Shown here one piece after another: positions 15,001-28,062 of a stretch of 64,000 nucleotides of DNA (within the stretch, counting starts at the first letter, position 1; the number at the start of each line of letters is the position of its first letter). This DNA comes from Tubulanus polymorphus (lineage: Eukaryota > Animalia > Nemertea), in NCBI RefSeq assembly GCF_964204645.1, contig NC_134035.1, positions 11,192,451 through 11,256,450 of the forward strand, written 5' to 3'. The translations under genes and the position numbers were made by a program. The notes beneath the pieces were generated by a model. The model searched no databases, was not told the origin of the DNA, and saw nothing but the letters and a program-made list of their open reading frames with translations.

Positions 15001-18000
15001 CATTCTTCAATGAAATGTTACCGAAAAAAAATTTCACTTAAGTTTCTGTATGGATTTGGACCAAGCCTTTGCGAAATGCTAAATGTGAAAGGATACGTTA
15101 CTGAGGGTCTGATATCAAAGGTTGACAGCTCTGTCTGTGCGATACTAACTTGTAGTTAATGTTACCTTCGCTTTTGATGTATATTCGTACGTATCTCTAG
15201 GCAGACGACGTTTGATCGAACAACGACAGATGTACGCGATCATACGATGGTTCTTTCCGACGACGATGATGACAGGTAATATTCGTACAAAAATTCCATG
15301 AATTAGATGAATGCTATTTTGGTATGAAGCGTTCTCACCAATTTTGGTTTGGAGCAAGTTGAAAGTAATAGATCCATTTGATCAACAAAATAAACGGAAA
15401 ACTCGAATTGTCGACTTATACCGAATTTGATTTTATACCAAGAAAGCAATTAGTGCGCAATACAAACAAACAAACAAACAGGTTTTAACATGAAACTTCT
15501 ACATCATTTGAACCAGGGGCGGATCTAGAGTCTGATTCAGGGAGAAATGCTCCCCCAAAATAGGGCATGTACAATTAAAGGGCACCCCAAAAAAAACTCA
15601 CTGGAAAATATTTACTCATTTTTGGAAATACAGAGAACAAGCGTATAAATCTAAACTTTTTGCTACCATTTCATCATTTCTCATTTTCCTGTAAAATTTC
15701 TGGGCAACTTAGCTTTTTTCCGAGGGGTTGCGCACCCCCTGCACCCTCCCCTTTGATCCGCCCCTGGAACAAGCAACATGCTATAGAAAGAATATTTTAT
15801 AAGAAACATAACCGAAAGATTGCCTTCAATTTCAGTGATATTGATATCGCAGACTGGTAAATTGTATATGTTGTTCAGTGTTGTTGTCTAAGTGAATACT
15901 GACCCTAAAGTTAATTCACTAATCATGATAAACTAAGATGTTTTGTATCCGTGTTGTTTGAAATATTCCATGTTAACGTCGATGTTATCTTTTGGTGGAA
16001 GTAAATGTAAGTGGGCTGTTGTATTCACTTTTCATCTGGTCTTTATCCCGGACAAAAAATCTGTAAAGCTTAAAAATGGATGATTAGGGAAATTGATGTG
16101 GTAATAGCTAAAAGAATGCGGTGCATGGGACCTCGAAAAAGTTGTACATTTTTCTGTTGTGCAATTTATGTTTTTGTAGCCTATGTGTCTGTACATCAGG
16201 AACAAATACAGTAATGATGCCTTGTTTACAAACTCATCATTGCCCTACTGACTTGTGCGCTACAGTCACCACCCACCCTGTGGGGCTATATCCGCTCCTG
16301 GATATGATCTAAATAAGTTCTAAATTAGATTAATCTCAAGATGAATAACTCTCAATTCGACGACGAATAGATGAGTTTTATTGATTTTTTCATTTGAGAG
16401 AATATTCCCAAGTTTGCCACAATAGATACAATGTTATACAATAAACCAAAGGTTAACTAGATGCCAATATACGCTACTGGTATACGCCATATGATATTTC
16501 AAAATCAATATAGGTAAAAAACCTATGTATGAAACAGAATGCATTTGGTAAATGTGGAAAATAGAGGCACTGGTTTTGTAGAACAGTTGCAACTGAAACC
16601 TGTGCCGTTAGTTCATCTCTTAGCGGGGACCTTTTCACAGAACTACTTTACATAATTAATCAAACGTTTTGGCAGTATTGTGATATCATGACTCGTGGAA
16701 CTTTTGAGTTGTTCTGTGAAATGTCCCTTGATTGACAAGCATTTCACCAGGGCCCAGTTCCAGAGTTGTCACACGGTTATAAGTTTGACCATGGACTCTA
16801 AAGCGGCGATCACATGGAGACAATTTGGCCCAGGGCAAATTGGCATGGATCAGGCCCGAGTCAAATTTGGTCCGAGCATTTATATGCCACTCGATCAATA
16901 CCACTCACTCAGTACTAAACAATGCTTAAATAAAGCGAGTCACTAGTAGAACTAATTGCAGTAATTTGACTCAGGCCAATATTTTATTTAACCCTAGAAC
17001 TATGGAACTGGCTCCAAATCGGCATGGTATCCCTGTTTTGTCATATAATCTAAGATATAGGCTTACCTTGAATATCTTTTTATTTTTGACTGAAAAAAAT
17101 ATACATTAAGTGTTTAGTTTTCCCTCGCTGTTTCGGTACTAGTAATGTAGGATAATGCACTAACATTGATGTGGAACTTTCAGGAAATCAACGAAGATGG
17201 TAGAACATCCAGTAGTTCAGGAATATCTCCGTTCCTATGGAGGTATCATCAAACTGAAAGATGATATGAGTGCATTACTCAAAGAGCGAGGTGAGTGCTG
17301 AAGTTCATTCATGGATGAATGTTTGAATCCTGTATGTCCGATTGTGGTTTGTAGTTCTGCAGCAGACTCAATGGGAACCTATGATTTTTGTTCAGGTTAG
17401 ATTATGGAATTTGAATTGATATTTAATTGTCATAGTTTTAAGATTTGTATATTTGAGTTGCCTTATGAATTGACTTAAAAGGATTCAGGTTAAGGGAAGT
17501 ACTGTACTATTGCATAATGTAAGCAGAATTCAACATTCTGAGGGGCAGTGGTAATCCATCTATATTTTCCAGCGACACTTGAATTCTGGAAATGTGTGAT
17601 GTCTAAGAGTATATGCCGGTCACTTTTCATGAAAATGAATTGGAATAAATAACGTATTGCCAATTCATCGAAAGAAGATATTCAGATTAATGGGGGCGTT
17701 ATGTTTGAAATATAGTGAAGCAAATTTATTGCTCCACAAAACAAATTATTTACACATATTGACAAATAGTGAACATATATAGACGAACATACAAATACAT
17801 ATGCATGGACAAGTAGGAATTATAATTCTATAATTGTAGGAATGCCCGTATCGAATCAGATGCTGCTCGGCGCTCAGACTGTTACTTTTGACGAGGATGA
17901 TACCGTTCAACCACAACTTGAAGAAATGAGCGTCAGTATCCTAAAGATCCTTGATGAGATTTTTGCTACATTTTCTGATGTCCTCGATGAATTACAAAAA

Positions 18001-21000
18001 GTGAGTCGATCGAGTTGAATATAAGTTTGTGCTTAGCATCCATTACGTCATGAAAAAGTCTAGGTTTCAAGTGGTTAAGCTCATAAGGTTTCTACTTCAG
18101 GAAAAAGTCTTTAGCTTAAAATGGTTTACGGTAACCTTTTAATTTTGTACCTATAGTGAAATTGCATAAGTGAATTAATTTTCTGAAAGTTCAGTTTTTC
18201 GGTACTATTCTTCCATTGGCAATGAGCTGGTCGAACTTCTGAAATCAAAGCCTACAGATATTCCATGCAGACCCAGGCTTCTTTTTCCTCAGTGTAGTTG
18301 AAATACTGTTAATCAAGTGGAATCTTTCCTCCAGTCATAGCATCCATTCCCTTTGAAATCTCTACATACCAAATATAGGCCTACACATGTATTATACATG
18401 TAGAAAAATGTTCAGATTTTCAGTTTGTATCATGAAATTTTGCTGGTTGTATTTTTAGGAGGTTTCTGAGCCGGTCGAACCAGCCAGAGACATCATCACC
18501 GAAACGAAAATGTCTGCACAAATCAAAGATCTTCAGGAACAAATTATCAAAGTGTAAGTCTTCGTGTGTTATCGTTGTGTGCATCGTTACATTTTTATCA
18601 CGGAAAACTGTTAAAAAATTTGCATTATTTCTTCTGAAATCTTTTCAGGCAAGGAAATTTGGAGTCAGAAAAACAGAAATATGAAAGTCAAATACAGTAA
18701 GTAGCAGACCAGTATCATTAACTGATTATGTGTAGACAATTTCTATGTGTATATATTGTTCTATGATACTTTTTCTTCTTCAACAGAATAAACACAACAA
18801 CTATCATGGAAATGCAAGAAACAATCAATAGACTGAAACTGGAATTGACTGATCTTCATAAACGACAAGAACCAGTGCATGTAAGTTGTTAAGTATTTAA
18901 GTATCAATGTCCTCGGTATTGAGTATGATCAATGATACATTGGTATCACACAGCTGATTTTCAATATTTAGTTACTATTTTGTCCCAAAAGTACTTGATT
19001 TGATTTGTTTGATGTGTTCAGAAATTTGAAAGATGTACTGAAGGTGTGTCAATTAATTACTGACTAAGTTCAACATTTTCTTTCATACATAACGAATAAT
19101 ACAACTTGTTACTGATAGCACATTTCAAAGGTTGGCAGCCGTGGTATCGTTACTCCCATCTGAGCAATGGTAGCTCGGGCCGGTTGCATAGTCATGACTT
19201 AGATTTAAGACCAGTTTAAGACCAACTTACTTCTATAGCCAATCTAACAACTTAAGACCAGTCTTAAGATTTAAGACCACTTTTGGACTTAAGTCACGAC
19301 TGTGCAACTGGCCCCTGCTGGACCCTGGCTTTATAAGACTCTGTCTGTTTATTAAAGAAGAATTCTCATCTCATTTCAGGTGCCAGATGAGGAACCGGTA
19401 ATGTTCACGAGATTAGACTACGAACGAAATGCCAAAACGATGAAAAGAGCGGTCGTCGACAAAAAGTTGGAACCGGAGAAATATGTCGTAAGCAATGACC
19501 ATAGACATGCGTCCATTCAGCTGTATCTTTCTTTGGAGTGTAATTGAATTGTCTAGGACATGAAACGATATTTCTGCCAATATAATTTTCTTATTCATTT
19601 TTATAACCAATGACCACCCCGCTGCCCCTTTTAATAATAATAATAATAATAAAGTCTTTATTTCGAACAAGTACAGACTAATAGAGAAAAAGAACAGAAT
19701 ACATAAATACTAAAGAAATCCATGTTCACACGGGAAAAACATAGTGGGACCAAGTTTTCACCATTGCTTTGTGTCTTTTCTATTTTAAGGGTGCTGGTTA
19801 TTTACCTCTGTGTTTTTGGTATCTATTTTACAGGATGCTTGTGAGAAAATGCAGGAATATGTGAGCATACCGGCGCAACGGTTTACTCAACTCGTTCGTA
19901 AATTTTACCATCATTGTCAAATGAAGGAAATAGAAGGTATGCGGCTAAAACTTGTCGAATAGGATTTCAGGATCTACCTAATTTCTTTCAAAACCTACCT
20001 GAAATTGAAAAAAATACTTGCAACGCCCTAAAACTTTTTATTTTGAGAAATTACACTAAATTCTTAAATTTTGGACAAGTATACTTGATGCTAATATTTA
20101 GACCTCGTGAAAGTTCAAAATTTTTCCTCAGATACTTCTAGAAAAATTCTTAAATTCTGGAATGACCACGAATCATGCATTTGATTTGAGTAGATGTATT
20201 TTCAATACATTTGCAGCCATTATAGATTAGTTTGCCTCGCTGTTGAAAATGATAAATGTGTAGTATACCATTACTTGAACTCACTTCTCCTTACACTTTT
20301 TTAAAGATTATGTAATTTTTCATGCCCCAGTAATGATAGTTTTTGTTCCTTCGTAGAAAATGTCCGGCAAAGTCGCAGTTTGAACGATAACGTCTTCCAA
20401 CTACTCGACAAAATGGAACAATTACAGAACAAGGTAGATATACCTATGTGTGTCAGCTGCTTAGTGTTTAAAATATGAACATATTTTTGTTTTTCACAAG
20501 ATTCATGGTTGAATGCGAGCTTTAATGTGTTATCTTTTATCATCGTGAATACATGTATTACACATCTATTTTAGCGCGCTCAACGATGGACGGATGAAAT
20601 GGACACGATGGACGAACGCAGGATTTTACTGGCTAAAATGTTAATGGATACGCTCGATAATGTCGAAGAGGAGTCGGGAATATTTCTTATCAAACCGGTC
20701 TATTCTTTTAAAGGAAGGTAAGGAAGGAATATTCCAAAAATAGTGTATGGACTATCTTGGTTCTATAGCCAAACTAACAACTTTAGACCAGTCTTATGAT
20801 ATGAGACCTCTTATGTACAATCCTTGATATTTCCAACTTAATGTAAGCTGTGCGCTGTATATCAGAGGCAAAAACAAAACCTTTAGTACAAACCCCCTCA
20901 CCTTTTGCCAGACTTAACTGAAGTTAATATTTTGTGTGTGTGTGTATATGTTGTGATTCTTTGCTTTTTATCTAACTCAGAGGTTACTTGGATGCTTACG

Positions 21001-24000
21001 CGACTAAGATAGAACGTATGAAGCCGCCAAAAGCACCAGCAGTCAGTCCTATTAAAGACAATGTCACAGTTATACATCAGTTAACAGCAGTAAGTCTACA
21101 ATACCAATACTGGTATGCTGCTATATCTCACACCCAGTTCTTATGAAATTTGATAATTTTGCGTTATGTTGTGTTCCCACAGAGGCAGGGATCGGCTGGT
21201 ATTCACGGTGAACACGTGACTTCAATCGGAGACACGGACGGACAAGTTTGGCAGACGCAAGAATCGATACCTCGCGTTTTAACCGCTGATAATCTTAAAC
21301 AGCAACAAACGTCGTATTTGAACACGCCGAGAATATTAGAATTAGACATCAACCGAATGATGATCGGTCAAAATACAATCAGGTATTAATTAAGCTATAA
21401 CTAAGATGTAGTTAACTTCTTGAGATTTTCCACCCCCAAATCTATCATTGATCTCGGGTAATATATGATATACCATAAATCTTGGCCGAAGCTGATTTTG
21501 AGAGCCCAGATTTTTGCTTACGGCACAAAGCTGTCCATGACCATAATTTTCATACCCTGATATGAGGTCTTTTAATGGTTTTTCTGAAAGTTCAGGCAAG
21601 TAAATCAGGAGAGGAACTCATCACTGTGTAAATCCAGTGTTGCTGTTAATGCGTTACTAGTTTTTAGGATTTTTTTAATGACAGAAGAATAAACTTAATT
21701 TTTCAATGAAAATACTTTTGTTTTATTGCATCGTGGAAAGTACTGCGGATCATTATTTCCTTACTTCCTATTTTCAGTGCCAAAATACCAGCTGGACCGT
21801 TGAGTGACGATCGTTTGGTGAATGCTTCCAACGCTAATCTACGCTCGTATATGACGGTCAATCGACCCTCTGGAACACCGGGCGGACAACAGAAAAAACG
21901 TTTAGCTTCTGGATCGAGTAAGTTCAACAAAACAGTTGCTATAGGCCTACTCAGTGTGTCCCAAAAATGCTTCCTTCTAATAAGTCAGAACGTTATCTAT
22001 CATTTATAATATTAATGAAGTAATTTGAATTAGAAATTTAGTTTTGTGTTGTCTCTCAATTATTAGGCTGACTTCTTGAAATGAGAGGAATTTCATGTAA
22101 TTTAGTTGTACATGTAATGGTAATTGAGTTCAGCCATGAAAGGTCTCTTTATCTCTTTAAGGCTTTTATGAACAGAGCTATTATCCTTCAAAACAAACCT
22201 GGCTGTTAGCTTAACAATAAGATTAAGAACACCTATCACTGTGGGTTATTTGGATAAAAGAAAATATTCTGTGTCATTGATGTACCAAATTTCTATTAAA
22301 TGGCTGGTCCAGTTTCATAATACATATAGTTTGATTAGAAAAATTCATCAGGACTGCTGGACATTATATTCCTGGCTGTCTTCTTAAATCCTACAAAGAT
22401 ATCATATTGCTGACTGATTTCATTCATCAAAACATTACACATCATAGGAGATTATATTTTAGTGGTAGCTATCTTTTCTGCAGGGTTCCATTGATTACAA
22501 GAGAAATCCCACAATAAGTTCAGCCAAAACGAGAAACTTGAATAGAAGAGTTATATATATTAGCGCAACGTTTCGGCTAAAGACTATTAGCCATCATCAG
22601 GCGTACTGAGAGGTACTACATCAGTACGCCTGATGATGGCTAATAGTCTTTAGCCGAAACGTTGCGCTAATATATATAACTCTTCTATTCAAGTTTCTCG
22701 TTTTGGCTGAACTTATTGTGGGATTTCTCTTGTTATCTTCTTACACGGATATTGTGTATCTTCTCGTCTCGTTCCATTGATTAGCTTGAAATCATAATTT
22801 TTTGCAGTAATATCCGAAAAGGTTCCACCGAGTACTCCGTATGGGTCGGAAAAACAAAAAAGACCACGGTCAATACCTCCGGTTGAAGGGTTTGATATAT
22901 CAACCACTATTCCTAGTGCTTCACCTTTACCACCGATTGCCAAAGAATCTTCCAAAGGTTTGTACATATTAGCAAATAATTATATTTTCATAAAATAAGA
23001 AAATTGGAATCTACAACAGTTACAGAGAAAGTGGTTAATACAGTAGACATCCATACTAACAGTAGTACTATTCGAACTCTGGATGCCACCCACAAATTTG
23101 TAATGAATTTTTAAAAATGAATTGCAAAAATTATTATTTCATTTTATAATACTTCCAATTTCACTGATCTTCGACTCATTGTCTGGTCAACAGTTGACAG
23201 TAAGGTTGAGTCTATCCACTATGCGGTCATCCTTCAATACTCAACAGACATTTTTATCATTTTGTAACCTTTTTCACCTATTGAATGGAAAAACTAATCA
23301 ATGAGTTAACTCTTTATTTCAGTGACATTTTTAAATTTAGTCTCCTTAAATGCTTAGGACCTTGCCTTCAATTTCCCTGGCTTAAATGCATTAATGATGA
23401 AATGATTTTCTTGCTACAGTAGAACCCCAGTATAGAATACATAACCTCCCATAAGGTTTCTATCAGAAATCGCTCACACAGGCTTGGATCCAGGAATTCC
23501 CTTCACACAGATGGAATCACCATAATGACATCGGTATCCTCAATATTATTGTTCCAGACCTATTTTGATAGTCATGGCTTGGTTTTCAATTCTTGTTGAT
23601 TTTGACTGCATTGTCAATTTCAACTTACCCGTCACCCTGATCATTATGTAAATGTATAAGTCAGCCTATAATATGAAGTTACATTTTTTACATGATCTTG
23701 AATAGTAAATCAAATGGTAAATTGATGAATTTGATATGAAATACAAAATATGATCATTATATAGTGACTTATACTGCTCATTGACTTTAGTTAATTGATT
23801 GCAAATTTCAAATTGAATAATCGGAATGGTCCAATGATCCAAGCCTGTTATGAAAACACAGAACCTTGATTGATCTTAACTATCACTGCGTATTCTTCAC
23901 AAGGCACTTCACACCTGGCTATAACTGAGAGGCATCTCATAATGCTTTTATTGATTTTAGACGCTCCCTTCCCGCCTGAAAGCCCTCCTGGCTCATCATT

Positions 24001-24112
24001 GCAGACATCCCCTCCGCCGTATCATCAGGGATCAAACTTAAGTCCAGTGATGAAGGTCGTCACTAGATCACCGACAAGTCAAACTGTCAGAAGTCTGAAC
24101 GTGGAGACATAG
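1..24112 (+). CDS. 5'-truncated multi-exon gene for a large uncharacterised coiled-coil protein with Ser/acidic low-complexity regions
   Basis: Phase-compatible GT-AG exons: <1-91, 5158-5211, 6030-6059, 6653-6694, 7651-7746, 8052-8186, 8370-8423, 8701-8817, 9129-9248, 9540-9638, 10368-10652, 11532-12641, 13779-13992, 14463-14547, 15201-15275, 15836-15856, 17184-17290, 17840-18000, 18459-18553, 18649-18696, 18787-18880, 19380-19487, 19834-19936, 20357-20433, 20575-20717, 20981-21089, 21183-21382, 21778-21917, 22808-22957, 23961-24112 (TAG). Heptad-like segments, e.g. SQEKISELEMKLDDVLIKTQKKVNTLKAQFQEHKSRWEAERKALIKQIDQ. No family recognised. Confidence 0.85.
2256..2555. mobile_element. Diverged copy of the CAGGGTGGCCACT MITE family
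   Basis: cagggtggccact ... agtggccattctg, with internal tcaggga subrepeats. Confidence 0.7.
5369..5870. mobile_element. Tc1/mariner(pogo)-like MITE with a nested insertion
   Basis: TA flanks; TIRs cagtaaaccatgcgta / tacgcatggtttactg. Confidence 0.8.
5584..5821. mobile_element. hAT-like MITE with a 6-bp TSD, nested in the Tc1/mariner-like MITE
   Basis: TIRs cagagctgccaac / gttggcagcccta; flanking AAGAAT at 5578-5583 and 5822-5827. Confidence 0.7.
8526..8610 (-). mobile_element. Degenerate Penelope-like terminus related to the 22.5-kb palindrome arm
   Basis: Shares gagaaatcccacaataa...agccaa and acgtttcggctaa; the CTGATGA half of the ribozyme is missing. Confidence 0.6.
14016..14142. mobile_element. 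PIF/Harbinger-like palindromic MITE
   Basis: TIRs gggccagttgctcaaaagttggtta / taaccaacttttgagcaactggccc; CTG and CAG flanks. Relatives at about 9997-10180 and 55309-55361. Confidence 0.75.
15514..15766. mobile_element. MITE with CAGGGGCGGATC termini (hAT-like)
   Basis: caggggcggatc ... gatccgcccctg; relatives at about 34906-35070 and 56488-56651. Confidence 0.65.
19177..19314. mobile_element. Harbinger-like MITE (ttaagaccag subrepeat family)
   Basis: TIRs gggccggttgcatagtcatgactta / taagtcacgactgtgcaactggccc. Further copies at about 20760-20810 and in tandem at about 43150-43535. Confidence 0.7.
22497..22733. repeat. Perfect inverted repeat (113-bp arms, 11-nt spacer) of a probable Penelope-like retroelement terminus
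   Basis: 22497-22609 is the exact reverse complement of 22621-22733. A related diverged single arm is at about 8526-8610. Confidence 0.92.
22627..22666 (+). ncRNA. Minimal type I hammerhead ribozyme motif (Penelope-like element type); mirror copy on the minus strand at 22564-22603
   Basis: cgc-CTGATGA-T-ggctaa(tagtct)ttagcc-GAAA-cg-TT-gcg: 3-bp stem I, 6-bp stem II, intact core, vestigial palindromic stem III (AACGTT). Confidence 0.75.
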
Positions 24113-25359
24113 TACATAGAACAGCTGTGTTACTTGCAACTAGCTTCGAGTCATTAGTTAACTCTGAGATAAGATTGGTTCATTTTTCAATGAGTTAAGT
24201 CAAATCTGAACTCACAACTGTGGAACTGGGTCGTGCTATTTTCCATTGTGGATATTGAATAACACACAAGCTTATATCGCTACCAACTGTTCATCGATAA
24301 CAGTCGGCAATACAGAATGTTTCGTAAGTTTTTAACCTGTCGTTTGTAAGCATTTTAAGGCAAAATGTACACGATAAATGCGATAGATAAACTTTCCCTT
24401 ACTACCTGTTTTTAAGTAGGCCTACATGGCCCGGTGTAGGCCTACATCAGAAATATTGTATGCATTATGATATTAAATCGAACACTAAGAAGTTAGGCTA
24501 ATATTTTCTTACAATAATAGTAATAATGATAATTTATTTTATTTCTTAGTGAGGGATTTGATATCATCTTATCACAACACCGACAGTGATAAATGATTGT
24601 ATGGTTAAAAGAAGTGAATCCATGTTATCAGATCATATTCAAATTAGAAGAAAATATGTCCAATCATTGCTGTAACTACTATTCATTGATAAAATCATTG
24701 TTTATTTGTTTAAGATTTGAATTTTTCACTGTTTGTTATACTCGCTATGTAAATCCAATGAATCTGCTGTGTTTAAAATCCATATCACGATATGTATCAA
24801 GATTTAGCGCTACGAAAAAGTTTTTCTTGATAAAATTACATTACTAAAAATAATGTATTAGTTAAATGATAGTTTAAGATATTATCAATAGCCGGTAATG
24901 CAGTACAGTTATTTCATCATATTCCGTCCTTTCATTGAGATTTTACTGCATATAATATTTTTTGTTCAGAAATATTTTTAAAGACTTGTTACAAAGCATG
25001 TATAAGCTTATTGAATTGTATATTTTTATATAGATTAACTGTTTGTTAGAATATTAAATAAATGTTTCTTTTTGAATATTGGAAATAGTTGTCTATTCAA
25101 TATATTGTTTTGCTGCCGAAAGAGGAGCCGTTGAGGAAAATTTCTAGCAAAATTAGAAGATTCAGTGGTAAACTAGATTATACATCCATGTTCAGAGTGA
25201 CAAGTCAAGTTAGACTTGATTTGAAACTTGATTGCATGAATGATTCGAGTTCATTGTCTCTGAGGTAAAATGTATTTCTGTGCGTGTGTGCGTGTGCGTG
25301 CGCGTGTGCGGTGAGTGAAGCCATGTTAATATGTTAGAGCAGGGAGGTGGGTGTTGTAT

Positions 25360-26268
25360 CCCTGTACATCCTCTATATATTCAGCACCAGGACCACTCTG
25401 AATCAGCATCAGTAATTACTGGGTTCGAACCCGGGACATCCTCCATTAAGCATCAGGGCCACTCGTTCAAATCCAGTAATTGCTGATACTGATTCAGAGT
25501 GGTCCTGATGCTGAATAGAGAATGTACAGGGGTGTCCCAGGTTCAAACCCAGTAATTACTGATACTGATTCAGAGTGGTCCTGATGCTGAATGGAGGATG
25601 TACAGGGGTGTCCCGGGTTCGAACCCAGTAATTACTGATGCTGATTCAGAGTGGTCCTGATGCTGAATATATAGAGGATGTACAGGGGTGTCCTGAATCA
25701 GTTATCAGTAATTACTTTTGTTAAGATATCAACATTTTACCGTACGGTGCTGTCTCTACGCTCATCGTTAGCGGGATTTTTATACACTAACGTTAGTCAA
25801 CTCTGGCAAGCTAAGGTCACCTGGACAGCACGTCGATTGCCAGAGTTGACTTTAGTTAGTGTATGAGAATCCCGCTAACGATGAGCATAGCAGCAGCACT
25901 GTACGGTCTGGACACCCCTGTACATCCTTTATTCAACATCAGGACAACTCTGAATCAGTATCAGTAATTACTGGGTTTGAAACCAGGACACCCCTGTACA
26001 TCCTCTATTCAGCATCAGTGCCACTTTGAACCAGTATCATTAATTACTGTGTTTGAACCTGGGACACCCCTGTTCATCCTTTATCCATCACGACCACTCT
26101 GAATCACAGTAATTGATGGGTTTGAACCCGGGACATCCCTGTACATCCTCTATTCAGCATCAGAACCACTCTGAATCAGCATCAGTAATTACTGGATTCG
26201 AACCCGGGACACCCCTGTGCATCCTCTATTCAGCATCAGGACCACTCTGAACCAGTATCAGTAATTAT
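25360..26268. repeat. About 76-bp satellite array with orientation switches around a palindromic core
   Basis: Unit ccctgtacatcctctattcagcatcaggaccactctgaatcagcatcagtaattactgggttcgaacccgggacac. Forward at 25360-25462, reverse at about 25463-25694, forward at about 25909-26268. Confidence 0.9.
25739..25907. mobile_element. Palindromic MITE-like element inside the satellite
   Basis: About 70-bp imperfect inverted arms (accgtacggtgctg...gctcatcgttagcgggatt...agtcaactctggcaa and its reverse complement). Confidence 0.7.
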
Positions 26269-28062
26269 TCAATTATGGCCTACTCAGCAGCGACTTCTAC
26301 CGAGAACACCATGCCTTTTTATGAACCAGCAAAATCGAAACATATCGGTTGGATTAGATAATCGGCATACTTGCTCGCCGAGCGAGTATGCTGAGTATGC
26401 TAATCGATTATGATAAGCAATGTTCATAAAAATGACGGATTATGACACAATCCATGCTCATAAAAACGTTTTGCATACTCGAATATACTAATCGAGTGTT
26501 CATAAAAAGGCCTATAGAGACCGGTAACCAGTCTATTCGCCGAACGCTGGTTAGACTGGTTACCGGTCTCCATCTCCCGTATTGAATGGGACAGGCAACC
26601 AGTCTAAACGCTGGTGGAACCGAGTTCGGGAGTGATACCGGACCCCTGGTAAGCGAGGATGCACATGGCGTGTCAGGCCCCGATATGGCGTGACAGGCCT
26701 CGGATGAAATCTAAGTGACGGACGCCTGTCCCATTAGAGACCTTGAACTTTAATTTTATTGCTCCATATAATATACAAGTTACATAGGAAATGACATGCA
26801 ATAAAATATTAACAGAGACCGGCAACCAGTCTAAGACCAAATTGTGAAGGTCGTCGGACCACACAAGTAAAATTACTTAGCACACGATGTAACAAATATA
26901 ATGTATACGGTTCCAGTACTTCCGTTTCTAAAAAACATTACCCCAAAATGCAGCTTAACTAACGATGCCCCACCGCATTAAATTACGTTTGCTTTAGGCC
27001 TAGGCTTTTAAGTTAGTATCCTGACAGTGACACCTACTCGTACGCCCTAATAAAGCTTAGGATTGTATGTCGTCGGTAAACTAAAGTTAATATCCATGTG
27101 ATCACCATAAGTTTTAGTTTTTTCAACTTCAAGGATGTCATTGTTAGCTGAGATGAGAAGAGAAGCTCATTACTGCAGGACTGTTAGAGTGCAGCGACTG
27201 CAGCCACGGGGATAATTTACTGAATGACATTTTTTTTTTTTGAAATGAATAGGCCTACGACGTTTATGAAGAAATTGAGTAAATATTATAGCAATACAAT
27301 ATTTAGAACCTGTCTAAAATCAGTATTTGGCCGCAGCAATCAAAAATTGGTTCTAACGCTTGTTTTAACGTTGTTGTACCAGTTTGAGTTGCCTCACACC
27401 ACATTTCCCCAGGATATTCTTTGGGGAGTTTGTTTTTGAGTTTGTAGGAATAGAAGGGGCCCCTTGTAATGTTCCATTTTCAAACAATAGACTGTTTTTA
27501 GCGAAATCACCACTGATGATTAAATTGCATTTCAGCAAATGCAGACCATATGTGCCGACATTCGACAACGTTTGAAAATTCAAAAAGGGGGTTCGTTCGA
27601 AACTACCGAACCCCCTCTAGGGACGCCCATGGTCCGGACTATGTATTATATAAGTAGTTTGAATATGCAAAACTGGAATCCAGTTTTATTGGAAAGTTTT
27701 GAAGGCACTTGAGTGGATTGTCCTAATCTCTGGTTAATACATTAATATCCCCTAGATACATCTTCAACCCAAAAACTGGCCATACCAGGATTAAGATGGC
27801 CGACTTGTGGCCATTTTTTGCCAAGCACTTTTTAAGTATTTGTGAAAATTTCAAATTTTCATAATGCTTTGATCGATTAACCTTTATTTTAGAATTAATC
27901 TTTCTCATACCATATATACGTGTTTGAATCTATAGATTTGGTCGATCAATAGACTAAAGAGGAAATAATGGAATTCAAGTGGTGAAGAAAACAAGAGCTC
28001 GTCTAAATAGGAAGCAGTCGACTTTCTTGACTCAGCCACTGATTTGAATAACTGACGACGAA

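Noticed and set aside
25360-26268. tRNA gene cluster
   Set aside because: Only a T-loop/B-box-like motif is present; I could not build a cloverleaf or find an A-box.
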